The notes: generated from the letters alone by a model not told the origin. A stretch of DNA of 64,000 nucleotides from Lachnospiraceae bacterium (GCA_024693845.1 JAILKJ010000039.1:26205-90204); one strand, 5' to 3'. Counted from the stretch's first letter, positions 20,379-30,017 are shown. Numbers and translations are program-made.

Positions 20379-21229
20379 GTATGAGTCTTGTTTTAAGCAT
20401 CCTTGCCGTCATTGCGCTCTTTCTGATCGTGATGATCGCAGTGGATTCCAACCGTTTTGTAACGGTATATTATAAGCTGGACACCGGTAAAAGCGACAGG
20501 TACACAAGGATCGCATTTTTATCGGATCTGCACTCCAAAAGCTACGGCAGGGATAATGCAAAGCTCCTTGACGCCATCAAAGAGGTCTCACCGGATCTGA
20601 TCCTCATTGGCGGGGATATGGTCACCGCCTCCCGAAATCAGAAGATCGAAGGAGCTCTGTCACTGACGGAAAGGCTTAAGGAAGACTATCCCGTATACTA
20701 CGGATCGGGGAATCACGAACAGAGGCTGATGCTCTATCCGGAGCGTTATCCCGGTGTGACGGAGAAGCTGGAGAGTCAGCTTTCGGATCAGGGCATTATC
20801 AGGCTTCGAAATACTGAGGCTGAGGTGCAGGATACGCAGATCACGATGTCCTCCGTGGAGATCGAAAGAGCCTATTATAAAAGAAGCAAACCGCCGATGC
20901 TGACGGCGGAGAAGATGCGAGAATACCTTCCGGGAGAAAGGCAGGAGGGCAGGATACAGATCCTGCTGGCCCACAATCCCGATTATTTCAAAGCGTACCG
21001 GGACTGGGGTGCAGACCTGGTGCTGGCCGGCCATGTGCACGGCGGTATCGTCAGGCTCCCGTTTCTGGGAGGGGTGATATCCCCTAATCTGACACTTTTC
21101 CCCAAATACGACGGAGGAGAGTTTAAGGAGGAAGGCAGCGTCATGATCATCAGCCGGGGTCTGGGGTCCCATACGATCCCCTGGAGATTGTTCAATCCCG
21201 GAGAGCTGGTCGTGATCGATGTGAGGTAA
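20375..21229 (+). CDS. metallophosphoesterase (YkuE-like), N-terminal TM anchor
   Basis: Motifs LSDLHS, GGDMV, GNHE, LAHNP, GHVHGG. ATGA overlap with the upstream gene. Confidence 0.85.
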   Translation: MSMSLVLSILAVIALFLIVMIAVDSNRFVTVYYKLDTGKSDRYTRIAFLSDLHSKSYGRDNAKLLDAIKEVSPDLILIGGDMVTASRNQKIEGALSLTERLKEDYPVYYGSGNHEQRLMLYPERYPGVTEKLESQLSDQGIIRLRNTEAEVQDTQITMSSVEIERAYYKRSKPPMLTAEKMREYLPGERQEGRIQILLAHNPDYFKAYRDWGADLVLAGHVHGGIVRLPFLGGVISPNLTLFPKYDGGEFKEEGSVMIISRGLGSHTIPWRLFNPGELVVIDVR

Positions 21230-21233
21230 TACC

Positions 21234-22025
21234 ATGCCGTTGGAAGTGAAACTGCAGGTCTTTGAAGGACCGCTGGAACTGTTATTGTTCCTGATCGAAA
21301 AGAATAAAGTAGACATCTATGACATCCCCATCGTGCTGATCACGGACCAGTATCTGGCTTATCTGGAAGAGATGAAGAAGCAGGATATGAACACCCTGAG
21401 CGAGTTTCTGGTGATGGCGGCAACGCTGATCGACATCAAGTGCAGGATGCTCCTTCCCAAGGAAAAGGATGAAGAGGGCCAGGAGGTCGATCCCAGAGAA
21501 GAGCTGGTACAGAAGCTTTTGGAATACAAGATGTACAAGCATCTGGCGGATGAACTGGCGGACCGGCACGTGGATGCGGTGAGGAATTTTTATAAGAAGA
21601 AAGATATCCCGCCTGAGGTTGCAGAATACATTCCGCCCACGGATTACAGTAAGCTTCTGGATGATGTAACCTTAAAGCTGCTTAGGGAGATCTTCGAGGC
21701 GGCCATGAAGCGGCAGGAGGATAAGATCGATCCCATCCGTGCAGGCTTCGGCAGGATCGAGAAGGAAGAGGTGAACCTGGAGAAGAAGACGGGGTACATC
21801 TTGAGCTACCTGAAGGATCACAAGAAGCTTTCCTTCCGGCAGCTTTTGGAAAAGCAGAACTCCAAGCAGGAAGTGATCGTAACCTTCCTTGTTATCCTGG
21901 AGCTGATGAAGGTGGGCGCCGTGGATATCAAACAGGAGGAGTCCTTCGGCGAGATCGAGATCACCCAGAATGAAAACGGCGGTCAGTGGGAGGATGAATT
22001 CCTGGCCAACATGACAGTATCATAA
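21234..22025 (+). CDS. scpA: segregation and condensation protein A
   Basis: FEGPLELLLFLIEKNKVDIYDIPI N-terminus. 263 aa. Followed by scpB. Confidence 0.92.
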   Translation: MPLEVKLQVFEGPLELLLFLIEKNKVDIYDIPIVLITDQYLAYLEEMKKQDMNTLSEFLVMAATLIDIKCRMLLPKEKDEEGQEVDPREELVQKLLEYKMYKHLADELADRHVDAVRNFYKKKDIPPEVAEYIPPTDYSKLLDDVTLKLLREIFEAAMKRQEDKIDPIRAGFGRIEKEEVNLEKKTGYILSYLKDHKKLSFRQLLEKQNSKQEVIVTFLVILELMKVGAVDIKQEESFGEIEITQNENGGQWEDEFLANMTVS

Positions 22026-22039
22026 AGGAACGAGGTTTT

Positions 22040-22633
22040 ATGAGTAAGGAAGATAACAGAAAAAAAGCGGTTCTTGAGGCGGTCCTTTTTACCATGGGTG
22101 AGTCGGTGGAGATCTCCCGGCTGGCAGAAGTGATCGAAGAGGACGAGGATAAAACGAAGAAGCTTCTGGAGAGCCTGCAAAAGGATTATGATGAAAGAAA
22201 TAGCGGCATTTCGCTGACGGAGCTGGAAAGCAGCTATCAGCTGTGCACGCGGCATGAATATTATGAGGATCTGGTGAAGATCGTAAAGGCACCCCGCAAG
22301 TACAATCTCACCGAATCTCTTCTGGAGACCCTTTCCATCGTAGCTTATAAGCAGCCGGTGACCAAGGCGGAGATCGACAAGATCAGAGGCGTGAGCTGCG
22401 AGCATGCGGTGAACAGGCTGCTGGATTTTGATCTGATCTGCGAAGTGGGAAGAAAGGATGCGCCCGGCAAGCCCATCCTTCTGGGTACCACCGAACAGTT
22501 CCTCCGTTCCTTCGGAGTTAAGAGCCTGACGGATCTGCCCATGCCGGATGCGGATGTCCGCGCAAGATTTATGGAAGAGGCAGAGCAGGAAGCGGGAATG
22601 GAACAGGATGAAGTCACCGTTGTGGGTATCTGA
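22040..22633 (+). CDS. scpB: segregation and condensation protein B
   Basis: LEAVLFTMGESV, AYKQPVTKAEIDKIRGV and GRKDAPGKP motifs. 197 aa. Confidence 0.92.
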   Translation: MSKEDNRKKAVLEAVLFTMGESVEISRLAEVIEEDEDKTKKLLESLQKDYDERNSGISLTELESSYQLCTRHEYYEDLVKIVKAPRKYNLTESLLETLSIVAYKQPVTKAEIDKIRGVSCEHAVNRLLDFDLICEVGRKDAPGKPILLGTTEQFLRSFGVKSLTDLPMPDADVRARFMEEAEQEAGMEQDEVTVVGI

Positions 22634-22669
22634 TGTTCTTTTGTCAGAGGTTATGAAAGGGGATCTTAT

Positions 22670-24433
22670 ATGAAGAGAAAAATGACCTTTATCGTTGTAC
22701 TGGCCATGGCTCTGCTCCTTGGCAGGCGGGATGTTTTTGCCGACATCTATACCGGCGGTATGCTGGAGCCCATTGATATATCCGAGGAGGGGATCCAAGA
22801 GGCGCAGTGTCCTTTGGAAGAACTTCAGGAACTTGCCGGTGAGGAAGGGACTGTTGATCCCGAGGAGATGCATCTTTATGCGGAAGGCATCGGAACTTAC
22901 TCCACCCAGGAGACGGCTGCTGCCTATATCAGAAGCCGTATGGTGAAAAGAGAGCATATCATCAAGCTGAACCTTAAGACGAACAGCAAGAATTCCACCA
23001 ACTATTTCAAGGGAATCCTGAACCTGGTCTATGAGGAAAGGGAGGAAGGCTCTCCCAAGGAAGGGGATTATCTGTACTGGCACATGAACCGGTATATGTA
23101 TTCGCTGCGTCCCATCGACGGCGGTTACTATCTGTATATGTATTGCGATTACCATTCCGACGCCACCCAGGAAGCCTATGTAAATTCCGCTGTGGCGTCC
23201 CTTGTGGGATCTTTAAAGCTTAAAAGCAGTGCCCTGAGCGATCAGGAGAAGCTTTTGGCTGTCTATGACTATATCACCGATAATGTCTCCTATGACTTTT
23301 TGAATTACTACAGTTCCAACCCGAATGAGAAGATTTATACGGCTTACGGCGCCCTTCATGACAAGACCTGTGTCTGCCAGGGGTATGCCCTGCTGGTATA
23401 TCGTCTCATGAGAGAGGCGGGTATCCGGGCAAGACTGATCCCGGGCAAGAGCCATGGGGATAATCACGGCTGGAATATCGTAAAGGTTGCGGGAAGCTAC
23501 TATAACGTGGATTCCACCTGGGATTCCCAGGCCAAGAGCGAAGGAAAGGGATATCAGTATTTCCTTAAGAACCAGAGCGATTTTACCGATCATACCAGAT
23601 TTGCCAATTATTCCACGGCTGCCTTCATGCAGGAGTATCCCATGTCCGATACCTCCTATCCTCTGGCAGCGATCATGAAGGGAAATACGTTGAAGATGCC
23701 TTCTTCATCCATATCTGCGGCGGGCACTTTTGCCCTGAGCGTAAGCCGCCCTTCCAACGATGTGGTTTCTGTCCGCTGGCCCGCCCAGGCGGGAGCGGTG
23801 AGATATGATATCTACACCATGGCAGCCGGAGGAAGCTTTATCTGGCAAAAGAGCACCGCTGCCACTTCGGCCTCTTTTTCCATCAAGCCCCCTGCCAACC
23901 TGGTGATCCGGGTTGTGGCCGTCTCTTCCAACAGCAATTCTTCCTATAAAGTAGCCGCTGTTTCACAGAACGCATCCCTGAATGCCGGGATCGTATATCT
24001 GAAGAAGGGCAAAAAGGTCAAAGCAGGAAACGGAACCTACAAGGTGCTGACCTCATCCAAGAAGTCCAGAACCCTTGAGGTAACGGGGTGGAAGAAAAAT
24101 GCCGCCTCGGTAAGGATCCCCGATTCCGTCATCGTGGACGGCCAGACCTACAAGGTGACCCGGATCGGTAAGAACGCCTTCAAGAAGCAGAAGAAGCTGA
24201 CCTGTGTGGTGATCGGAAAGGATGTCAAGAGCATCGGGGCCAACGCTTTTTCCGGATGTAAATCGCTGAAGGACGTGGTGATCCGGGGCAAGAGCCTGAA
24301 AAAAGTGGGCAAGGGCGCTTTTTCCAAGACCAAGGGAAAGACCGTGACCGGACCCAAGGCCAAGAAAAACGCCTACCTTCGTCTCCTGAAACAGGCGGGA
24401 TTCTCCTCAAAAGCCAAGTATTACAAGATCTGA
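22670..24433 (+). CDS. secreted transglutaminase-like cysteine protease-fold domain protein with C-terminal BspA-type leucine-rich repeats and basic tail
   Basis: Signal peptide. Cys-His-Asp core candidates (CQGYALLVYRLMR, HGWNIV, VDSTWD). C-terminal repeats (IGKNAFKK.., IGANAFSGC.., VGKGAFSK). Confidence 0.75.
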   Translation: MKRKMTFIVVLAMALLLGRRDVFADIYTGGMLEPIDISEEGIQEAQCPLEELQELAGEEGTVDPEEMHLYAEGIGTYSTQETAAAYIRSRMVKREHIIKLNLKTNSKNSTNYFKGILNLVYEEREEGSPKEGDYLYWHMNRYMYSLRPIDGGYYLYMYCDYHSDATQEAYVNSAVASLVGSLKLKSSALSDQEKLLAVYDYITDNVSYDFLNYYSSNPNEKIYTAYGALHDKTCVCQGYALLVYRLMREAGIRARLIPGKSHGDNHGWNIVKVAGSYYNVDSTWDSQAKSEGKGYQYFLKNQSDFTDHTRFANYSTAAFMQEYPMSDTSYPLAAIMKGNTLKMPSSSISAAGTFALSVSRPSNDVVSVRWPAQAGAVRYDIYTMAAGGSFIWQKSTAATSASFSIKPPANLVIRVVAVSSNSNSSYKVAAVSQNASLNAGIVYLKKGKKVKAGNGTYKVLTSSKKSRTLEVTGWKKNAASVRIPDSVIVDGQTYKVTRIGKNAFKKQKKLTCVVIGKDVKSIGANAFSGCKSLKDVVIRGKSLKKVGKGAFSKTKGKTVTGPKAKKNAYLRLLKQAGFSSKAKYYKI

Positions 24434-24558
24434 AAAAAATGCAATTTTCCATGGGAAAATACTGTTGTGCCCCTATTTCTTTTATGTTATACTCTTTAAG
24501 ATTGTTATAAACATATTATATATAGCATTTACTCAAATACATAATGGAGGTCTGAAAC

Positions 24559-25986
24559 ATGAGTAATTCATCCAAAGCGAGCCAAAGAATCGCATCTTTG
24601 CTCGATGAAAGCAGCTTCGTTGAGATCGGTGCCGCTGTTACAGCAAGAGCTACTGATTTTAACATGAAGCCCCAGCAGGCGCCCGCTGACGGCGTCATTA
24701 CCGGCTATGGCACCATCGGTGAGAAGCTGGTTTATGTGTACAGCCAGGATGCATCTGTTCTCGGTGGCAGCATCGGTGAGATGCATGCCAAGAAGATCGC
24801 ACATCTGTACAATCTGGCGCTGAAGATGGGAGCACCCGTCATCGGTCTGCTTGATTCTACGGGACTTCGTCTGCAGGAGGCTACAGATGCCCTTGCAGCT
24901 TTCGGTAAGATTTCCCGGAAGATGACCCAGGCATCCGGTATCATTCCCCAGATTACCGCGGTATTCGGTAACTGCGGCGGCGGCCTTGCCGTTCTGGCAG
25001 GTCTTTCCGACTTTACCTTTATGGAGGAGAAGGGCGGCAAGCTCTTTGTGAATTCCCCCGATGCCCTTGCAGGCAATTACACTGCCAAGCTGGATACCGC
25101 ATCCGCTGATTTCCAGGCAAAAGAGGCCGGTATGGCTGATTTCGTGGCAGGTGAGGATGAGATCTATGATCAGATGCGTGCGCTGATCTCCATGCTTCCT
25201 TCCAATAATGAGGATGAGGCACTGGATGAGTGCACCGACGATCTGAACAGAGCAGTTGCCAACATGGCAGCTTATGCAGGCGATACCGCAGCAGCTCTTG
25301 CACAGATCGCTGATGACAATGTATTTGTTGAAGTTAAGGAAGCATATGCACCTTCGATGGTAACCGGCTTTATCCGCCTCAACGGCGCAACGGTAGGATG
25401 TGTTGCAAACCGCAGTGAGATCCTGGGTGATGACGGCAAAGCTAAGGAGAAGTTCGAGACCCTTCTTCGTCCTTCGGCATGCAAGAAGGCTATCAGCTTT
25501 GTTTCCTTCTGTGATGCGTTTGAGATCCCCGTTTTAACTCTTACCAATGTGACCGGATACAGCGCTTGCGTTGAATGCGAGAAGAAGATCGCAAGAGCAG
25601 CTGCAGGTCTTACCTTTGCCTTTGCAGGTGCAACCGTACCCAAGGTAAACGTGATCGTAGGCAAGGCACTGGGTAGTGCTGCCATTGCCATGAACTCCGG
25701 TGCCATCGGTGCTGACGTTACTCTTGCATGGGAGAATGCTGAGATCGGTACCATGAATGCCAAGGATGCCGCAAGGATCCTGTATGACGGTGAGAGCGCA
25801 GAGGTGATCAACGAGAAGGCTGCTGCTTATGCAGAGCTTCAGAACAGTGCAAAGAGCGCTGCAGCAAGAGGCTATGTAGATCAGGTGATCGCAGCTGATG
25901 ATACCCGCAAGTATGTGATCGGTGCTTTTGAGATGCTGTATTCCAAGAGAGTATCCGCTCCTTCCAGAAAGCATGGAACAGTATAA
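24559..25986 (+). CDS. carboxyltransferase, crotonase-fold (methylmalonyl-CoA/glutaconyl-CoA decarboxylase alpha or transcarboxylase 12S-like)
   Basis: 475 aa with two carboxyl-transferase half domains. N-terminal pattern GVITGYGTI.., VYSQDASVLGGSIGEMHAKKI, GLLDSTGLRLQE (an atypical variant of DSGGARIQEG). Confidence 0.75.
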   Translation: MSNSSKASQRIASLLDESSFVEIGAAVTARATDFNMKPQQAPADGVITGYGTIGEKLVYVYSQDASVLGGSIGEMHAKKIAHLYNLALKMGAPVIGLLDSTGLRLQEATDALAAFGKISRKMTQASGIIPQITAVFGNCGGGLAVLAGLSDFTFMEEKGGKLFVNSPDALAGNYTAKLDTASADFQAKEAGMADFVAGEDEIYDQMRALISMLPSNNEDEALDECTDDLNRAVANMAAYAGDTAAALAQIADDNVFVEVKEAYAPSMVTGFIRLNGATVGCVANRSEILGDDGKAKEKFETLLRPSACKKAISFVSFCDAFEIPVLTLTNVTGYSACVECEKKIARAAAGLTFAFAGATVPKVNVIVGKALGSAAIAMNSGAIGADVTLAWENAEIGTMNAKDAARILYDGESAEVINEKAAAYAELQNSAKSAAARGYVDQVIAADDTRKYVIGAFEMLYSKRVSAPSRKHGTV

Positions 25987-26003
25987 GAAAGGATGTTGAA
26001 CAT

Positions 26004-26774
26004 ATGAAAAAGAGAGTATGGATATTAGGGCTCTTTCTCATCAGCGTCCTTGGCCTGACAGCCTGCGGAAAGACGCAGGATCCTGACGAGGCTGCCAAAG
26101 AAGAACAGATGCTGTCCACCGGCGAGCAGAGCGCGCTGGGACTTTTGACGGATCTGACCCAGATGCAGCAGGAAGGAACGCTGGACCAGGTATTGGGACA
26201 GACAGATGAGATTGATAAGCTCGTAAACGGCTACATTTCCGGCATGGAAGAAGTGGGAGAGGTTGCGGACATCGGCGATGCTGAGTCCAGAGTCGATAAG
26301 AAAACCGTGATCGTGGATATCCCCATTACCGGTACCATGCTGGATCCCAACGGAAACGCCAGAGAGGCCACAGTAGAGATCATCGTACCCGAGGATGGCT
26401 CCCTGCCGGATCTTACGGTGAATCCCAAGTATACTTCCGCAGAGCTGATGACGAAGGCAGGACTGAACACCCTTCTGGGTATGGGCGTAACCTTCGCGAT
26501 CCTGATCCTGATCAGCCTGATCATTTCCAGCTTCACCCTCATCGGTAAAGTGGGAAGCGGAAAGAAGAAAGAAGAATCACCGTCAGCTTCTTCCGTGGAC
26601 AATGCAGTCCGCCAGATCGTGGCAGGAGAAGAGCAGTCTGATGACACTGAGCTGATCGCGGTTATTTCGGCAGCGATCGCAGCTTACGAAGCAGAAAACG
26701 GATATGTGAGTGCAGATGGCGTTGTCATTCGCAGCATTCGAAAGATCAACAAGAGTAAATGGCAGAATGCCTAA
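26004..26774 (+). CDS. OadG-family decarboxylase gamma/delta subunit fused to an N-terminal lipoprotein-like domain
   Basis: Lipobox LGLTAC at residues 17-20. About 150 aa of soluble domain, then the OadG-like TM helix GLNTLLGMGVTFAILILISLII and the TELIAVISAAIAAYEAE motif. Confidence 0.65.
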   Translation: MKKRVWILGLFLISVLGLTACGKTQDPDEAAKEEQMLSTGEQSALGLLTDLTQMQQEGTLDQVLGQTDEIDKLVNGYISGMEEVGEVADIGDAESRVDKKTVIVDIPITGTMLDPNGNAREATVEIIVPEDGSLPDLTVNPKYTSAELMTKAGLNTLLGMGVTFAILILISLIISSFTLIGKVGSGKKKEESPSASSVDNAVRQIVAGEEQSDDTELIAVISAAIAAYEAENGYVSADGVVIRSIRKINKSKWQNA

Positions 26775-26792
26775 AATAGGAGGAATAAAAAG

Positions 26793-27161
26793 ATGAAAAA
26801 TTATACCATTACAGTGAATGGCAACGTATATGACGTAGTAGTTGAGGAAGGTGCAGGAAGCGGCGCTCCCGCAGCAGCACCCAAGGCAGCACCTAAGGCA
26901 GCTCCCAAGGCAGCTCCCGCAGCAGCTAAGGCTTCCGCAGGCGCAGGCAGCATCCGCATTGAGGCAGGTGCAGCAGGTAAGGTGTTCAAGATCGAGAAGA
27001 ACGTAGGCGATGCCGTAAAGAAGGGCGAGCCCGTAGTTATCGTTGAGGCTATGAAGATGGAGATCCCCGTGGTTGCTCCTTCCGACGGTACCGTAGCCAG
27101 CATTGATGCAGCAGTAGGTGATGCTGTAGAAGCAGGAGCATTACTTGCAACTTTGAACTAA
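26793..27161 (+). CDS. biotin carboxyl carrier protein (1.3S/GcdC/MmdC-like)
   Basis: Ala/Pro-rich linker (APKAAPKAAPKAAP) and biotinylation motif VEAMKMEI. 122 aa. Confidence 0.9.
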   Translation: MKNYTITVNGNVYDVVVEEGAGSGAPAAAPKAAPKAAPKAAPAAAKASAGAGSIRIEAGAAGKVFKIEKNVGDAVKKGEPVVIVEAMKMEIPVVAPSDGTVASIDAAVGDAVEAGALLATLN

Positions 27162-27180
27162 TAATGGAGGTCGCCAAATA

Positions 27181-28332
27181 ATGGAGTACATAACTAACAC
27201 GCTTGATAATCTGGTACACCAGACGGCGTTCTTCAATCTGTCCATCGGTAACGTGGTCATGATCTGTGTAGCGCTTGTTTTCCTGTACCTGGCGATCGCG
27301 CATGATTTCGAGCCGCTTCTGTTGGTTCCGATCGCATTTGGCATGCTGCTGGTAAATATCTATCCGGATATCATTATGAGTATCGAAGACTCTCCGAATG
27401 GAACCGGTGGTCTGCTGTATTATTTCTATCTTTTGGATGAGTGGTCTATCATGCCTTCCCTGATCTTCATGGGCGTAGGTGCGATGACAGACTTCGGTCC
27501 CCTCATCGCCAATCCCAAGAGTTTCCTTCTGGGTGCGGCTGCACAGTTTGGTATTTTTGCCGCTTACTTCGGAGCCATTGCCATGGGCTTCAACGACAAA
27601 GCAGCGGCTGCAATTTCCATCATCGGCGGTGCCGACGGCCCTACCTCCATCTTCTTGGCAGGTAAGCTCGGTCAGACCGCATTACTGGGACCTATCGCGG
27701 TTGCGGCATATTCCTATATGTCCCTGGTTCCCATTATCCAGCCGCCTATCATGAAGCTTCTTACCACGAAGAAAGAGCGTCAGATCAAGATGGGTCAGCT
27801 TCGTCCGGTTTCCAAGCTGGAGAAGATCCTGTTCCCCATCATCGTTACCATCGTGGTATGTCTGCTCCTGCCCACTACGGCACCCCTTGTAGGTATGCTG
27901 ATGCTCGGTAACCTGTTCCGTGAGTCCGGCGTTGTTCGCCAGCTGCAGGAGACCGCCAGCAATGCTCTTATGTACATTGTAGTTATCATGCTCGGTACTT
28001 CCGTAGGAGCTACTACCTCCGCTGAGGCATTCCTGAACTGGAGCACCATCAAGATCGTGGTTCTCGGTCTGGTAGCCTTTGCATTCGGTACCGCGGCAGG
28101 TTGTCTGTTCGGTAAATTGATGTGCGTCCTGACCCATGGTCAGGTAAATCCCCTGATCGGTTCTGCCGGAGTTTCCGCAGTACCTATGGCAGCCCGTGTA
28201 TCCCAGAAGGTAGGTGCGGAAGAAGATCCTTCCAACTTCCTGCTGATGCATGCCATGGGACCTAACGTGGCCGGCGTTATCGGAACCGCAGTCGTTGCCG
28301 GTACATTCATGGCAGTGTTCGGAGTATTCTAA
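27181..28332 (+). CDS. sodium ion-translocating decarboxylase beta subunit
   Basis: 383-aa polytopic membrane protein. Family motifs LLYYFY, GVGAMTDFGPL, IIGGADGPT. Confidence 0.9.
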   Translation: MEYITNTLDNLVHQTAFFNLSIGNVVMICVALVFLYLAIAHDFEPLLLVPIAFGMLLVNIYPDIIMSIEDSPNGTGGLLYYFYLLDEWSIMPSLIFMGVGAMTDFGPLIANPKSFLLGAAAQFGIFAAYFGAIAMGFNDKAAAAISIIGGADGPTSIFLAGKLGQTALLGPIAVAAYSYMSLVPIIQPPIMKLLTTKKERQIKMGQLRPVSKLEKILFPIIVTIVVCLLLPTTAPLVGMLMLGNLFRESGVVRQLQETASNALMYIVVIMLGTSVGATTSAEAFLNWSTIKIVVLGLVAFAFGTAAGCLFGKLMCVLTHGQVNPLIGSAGVSAVPMAARVSQKVGAEEDPSNFLLMHAMGPNVAGVIGTAVVAGTFMAVFGVF

Positions 28333-28531
28333 GAGCCATACAAATGGACAAAGATAACGCCCGATCCATGCTTGCATGAGATCGGCGGTAGATTTGGACA
28401 TTTACAGGGCGACAGCCCTGCGATGAGCAAACGGAAAGCTGCGAAGCAGCGGGTTTGTACCCTAAAGGGCATAAACTCATGGGTATGGCGATATATTGTA
28501 AAGTGGATAATTTAACAGGAGGAAAAATAGA

Positions 28532-29953
28532 ATGGCAGAAAAGAAACCTATCAAAATAACAGAAACCATTCTGCGTGACGCACATCAGTCTCTGATCGCC
28601 ACCAGAATGCCTACGGATCTGATGCTCCCTATTATGGAGAAGCTGGATCAGGTAGGATATCATTCCCTTGAGTGCTGGGGCGGCGCTACCTTCGATGCTT
28701 CCCTTCGTTTCCTGAAGGAAGATCCTTGGGATCGTCTCCGCAAGATCAAGGATAAGGCTAAGAATACCAAGCTGCAGATGCTTTTCCGTGGCCAGAACAT
28801 TCTCGGCTATCGTCCCTACGCAGATGACGTTGTAGATGCCTTCGTTGAGAAGTCCATCGCCAACGGTATCGATATCATCCGTATCTTCGACTGCTTGAAC
28901 GATCTTCGTAACCTTCAGGAGGCAGTAAATGCCACCAACGAGATCAAGAAGCGTGAAGGCAGAGGTCATGCACAGATCGCTCTTTCCTATACTCTCGGTG
29001 ATGCTTACACCCTTGAGTACTGGGCAAAGATGGCTAAGGATATTGAGAACATGGGTGCAGATTCCATCTGTATCAAGGATATGGCAGGTCTTCTGGTTCC
29101 TTACAAGGCTGCAGAGCTTGTTAAGACTCTGAAGGAGAACACCAAGCTTCCTATCCAGCTGCATACCCACTACACCAGTGGTGTTGCTTCCATGACCTAT
29201 CTGAAGGCCGTAGAAGCAGGCGTTGACGTGATCGACTGCGCAATGAGCCCTCTGGCACTTGGTACCAGCCAGCCCGCTACCGAGGTTATGGTTGAGACCT
29301 TCAAGGGAACCGAGTATGACACCGGCTTTGATCAGAAGCTTCTGGCTGAGATCGCCGATTACTTCCGTCCTTTCCGTGATGAGTGCCTTGAGAACGGCCT
29401 CCTGAATCCGAAGGTTATGGGCGTTAACATCAAGACTCTTCTGTATCAGGTACCCGGCGGTATGCTGAGTAACCTCGTATCCCAGCTCAAGGAGCAGGGT
29501 GCTGAGGATAAGTACTATGACGTGCTCGAGGAAGTTCCCCGTGTTCGTAAGGATCTCGGTGAGCCCCCTCTGGTTACCCCTTCTTCTCAGATCGTTGGAA
29601 CCCAGGCGGTGTTCAATGTGCTGATGGGCGAGAGATACAAGATGGCTACCGATCAGACCAAGGATATGCTCCGCGGAAATTACGGTCAGACCGTAAAGCC
29701 CATGAACGAGGATGTTATCAAGAAGGTTATCCCGGGCGAGAAGAGGATCACCTGCCGTTTCGCAGATACTCTCGAGAACGAGATGGACAAGCTGGAGTCC
29801 GAGATGAAGGAATGGAAGCAGCAGGACGAGGACGTGCTTTCCTACGCACTGTTCCCTCAGGTTGCCATGGACTTCTTCAAGTATCGTAAGGCCCAGCAGG
29901 ACAAGGTTGATCTTGCCAAGGCTGATACCACCAATGGCGCTTACCCTGCATAA
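28532..29953 (+). CDS. oxaloacetate decarboxylase alpha / transcarboxylase 5S-like carboxyltransferase (TIM-barrel), without biotinyl domain
   Basis: ITETILRDAHQSLIATRM N-terminus, HTHYTSGVA metal site. Ends at 473 aa with no AMKM motif. RBS AGGAGG upstream. Confidence 0.88.
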   Translation: MAEKKPIKITETILRDAHQSLIATRMPTDLMLPIMEKLDQVGYHSLECWGGATFDASLRFLKEDPWDRLRKIKDKAKNTKLQMLFRGQNILGYRPYADDVVDAFVEKSIANGIDIIRIFDCLNDLRNLQEAVNATNEIKKREGRGHAQIALSYTLGDAYTLEYWAKMAKDIENMGADSICIKDMAGLLVPYKAAELVKTLKENTKLPIQLHTHYTSGVASMTYLKAVEAGVDVIDCAMSPLALGTSQPATEVMVETFKGTEYDTGFDQKLLAEIADYFRPFRDECLENGLLNPKVMGVNIKTLLYQVPGGMLSNLVSQLKEQGAEDKYYDVLEEVPRVRKDLGEPPLVTPSSQIVGTQAVFNVLMGERYKMATDQTKDMLRGNYGQTVKPMNEDVIKKVIPGEKRITCRFADTLENEMDKLESEMKEWKQQDEDVLSYALFPQVAMDFFKYRKAQQDKVDLAKADTTNGAYPA

Positions 29954-29984
29954 GCTTAAAAAGCAGGAACTTGTATTGATCATC

Positions 29985-30017
29985 ATAGGACCGCTGCTTT
30001 GGGGCGGTCCTATTTTT
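29985..30017 (+). terminator. intrinsic terminator after the decarboxylase cluster
   Basis: ATAGGACCGC / GCGGTCCTAT 10-bp stem, 9-nt loop, then TTTTT. Confidence 0.8.

Noticed and set aside
28333-28531. 200-nt gap inside the decarboxylase cluster examined for a riboswitch or sRNA
   Set aside because: Only short unrelated hairpins are present (CAGGGC-GACA-GCCCTG, GCTGC-GAA-GCAGC). I found no recognisable conserved motif, so I cannot support a call from sequence alone.
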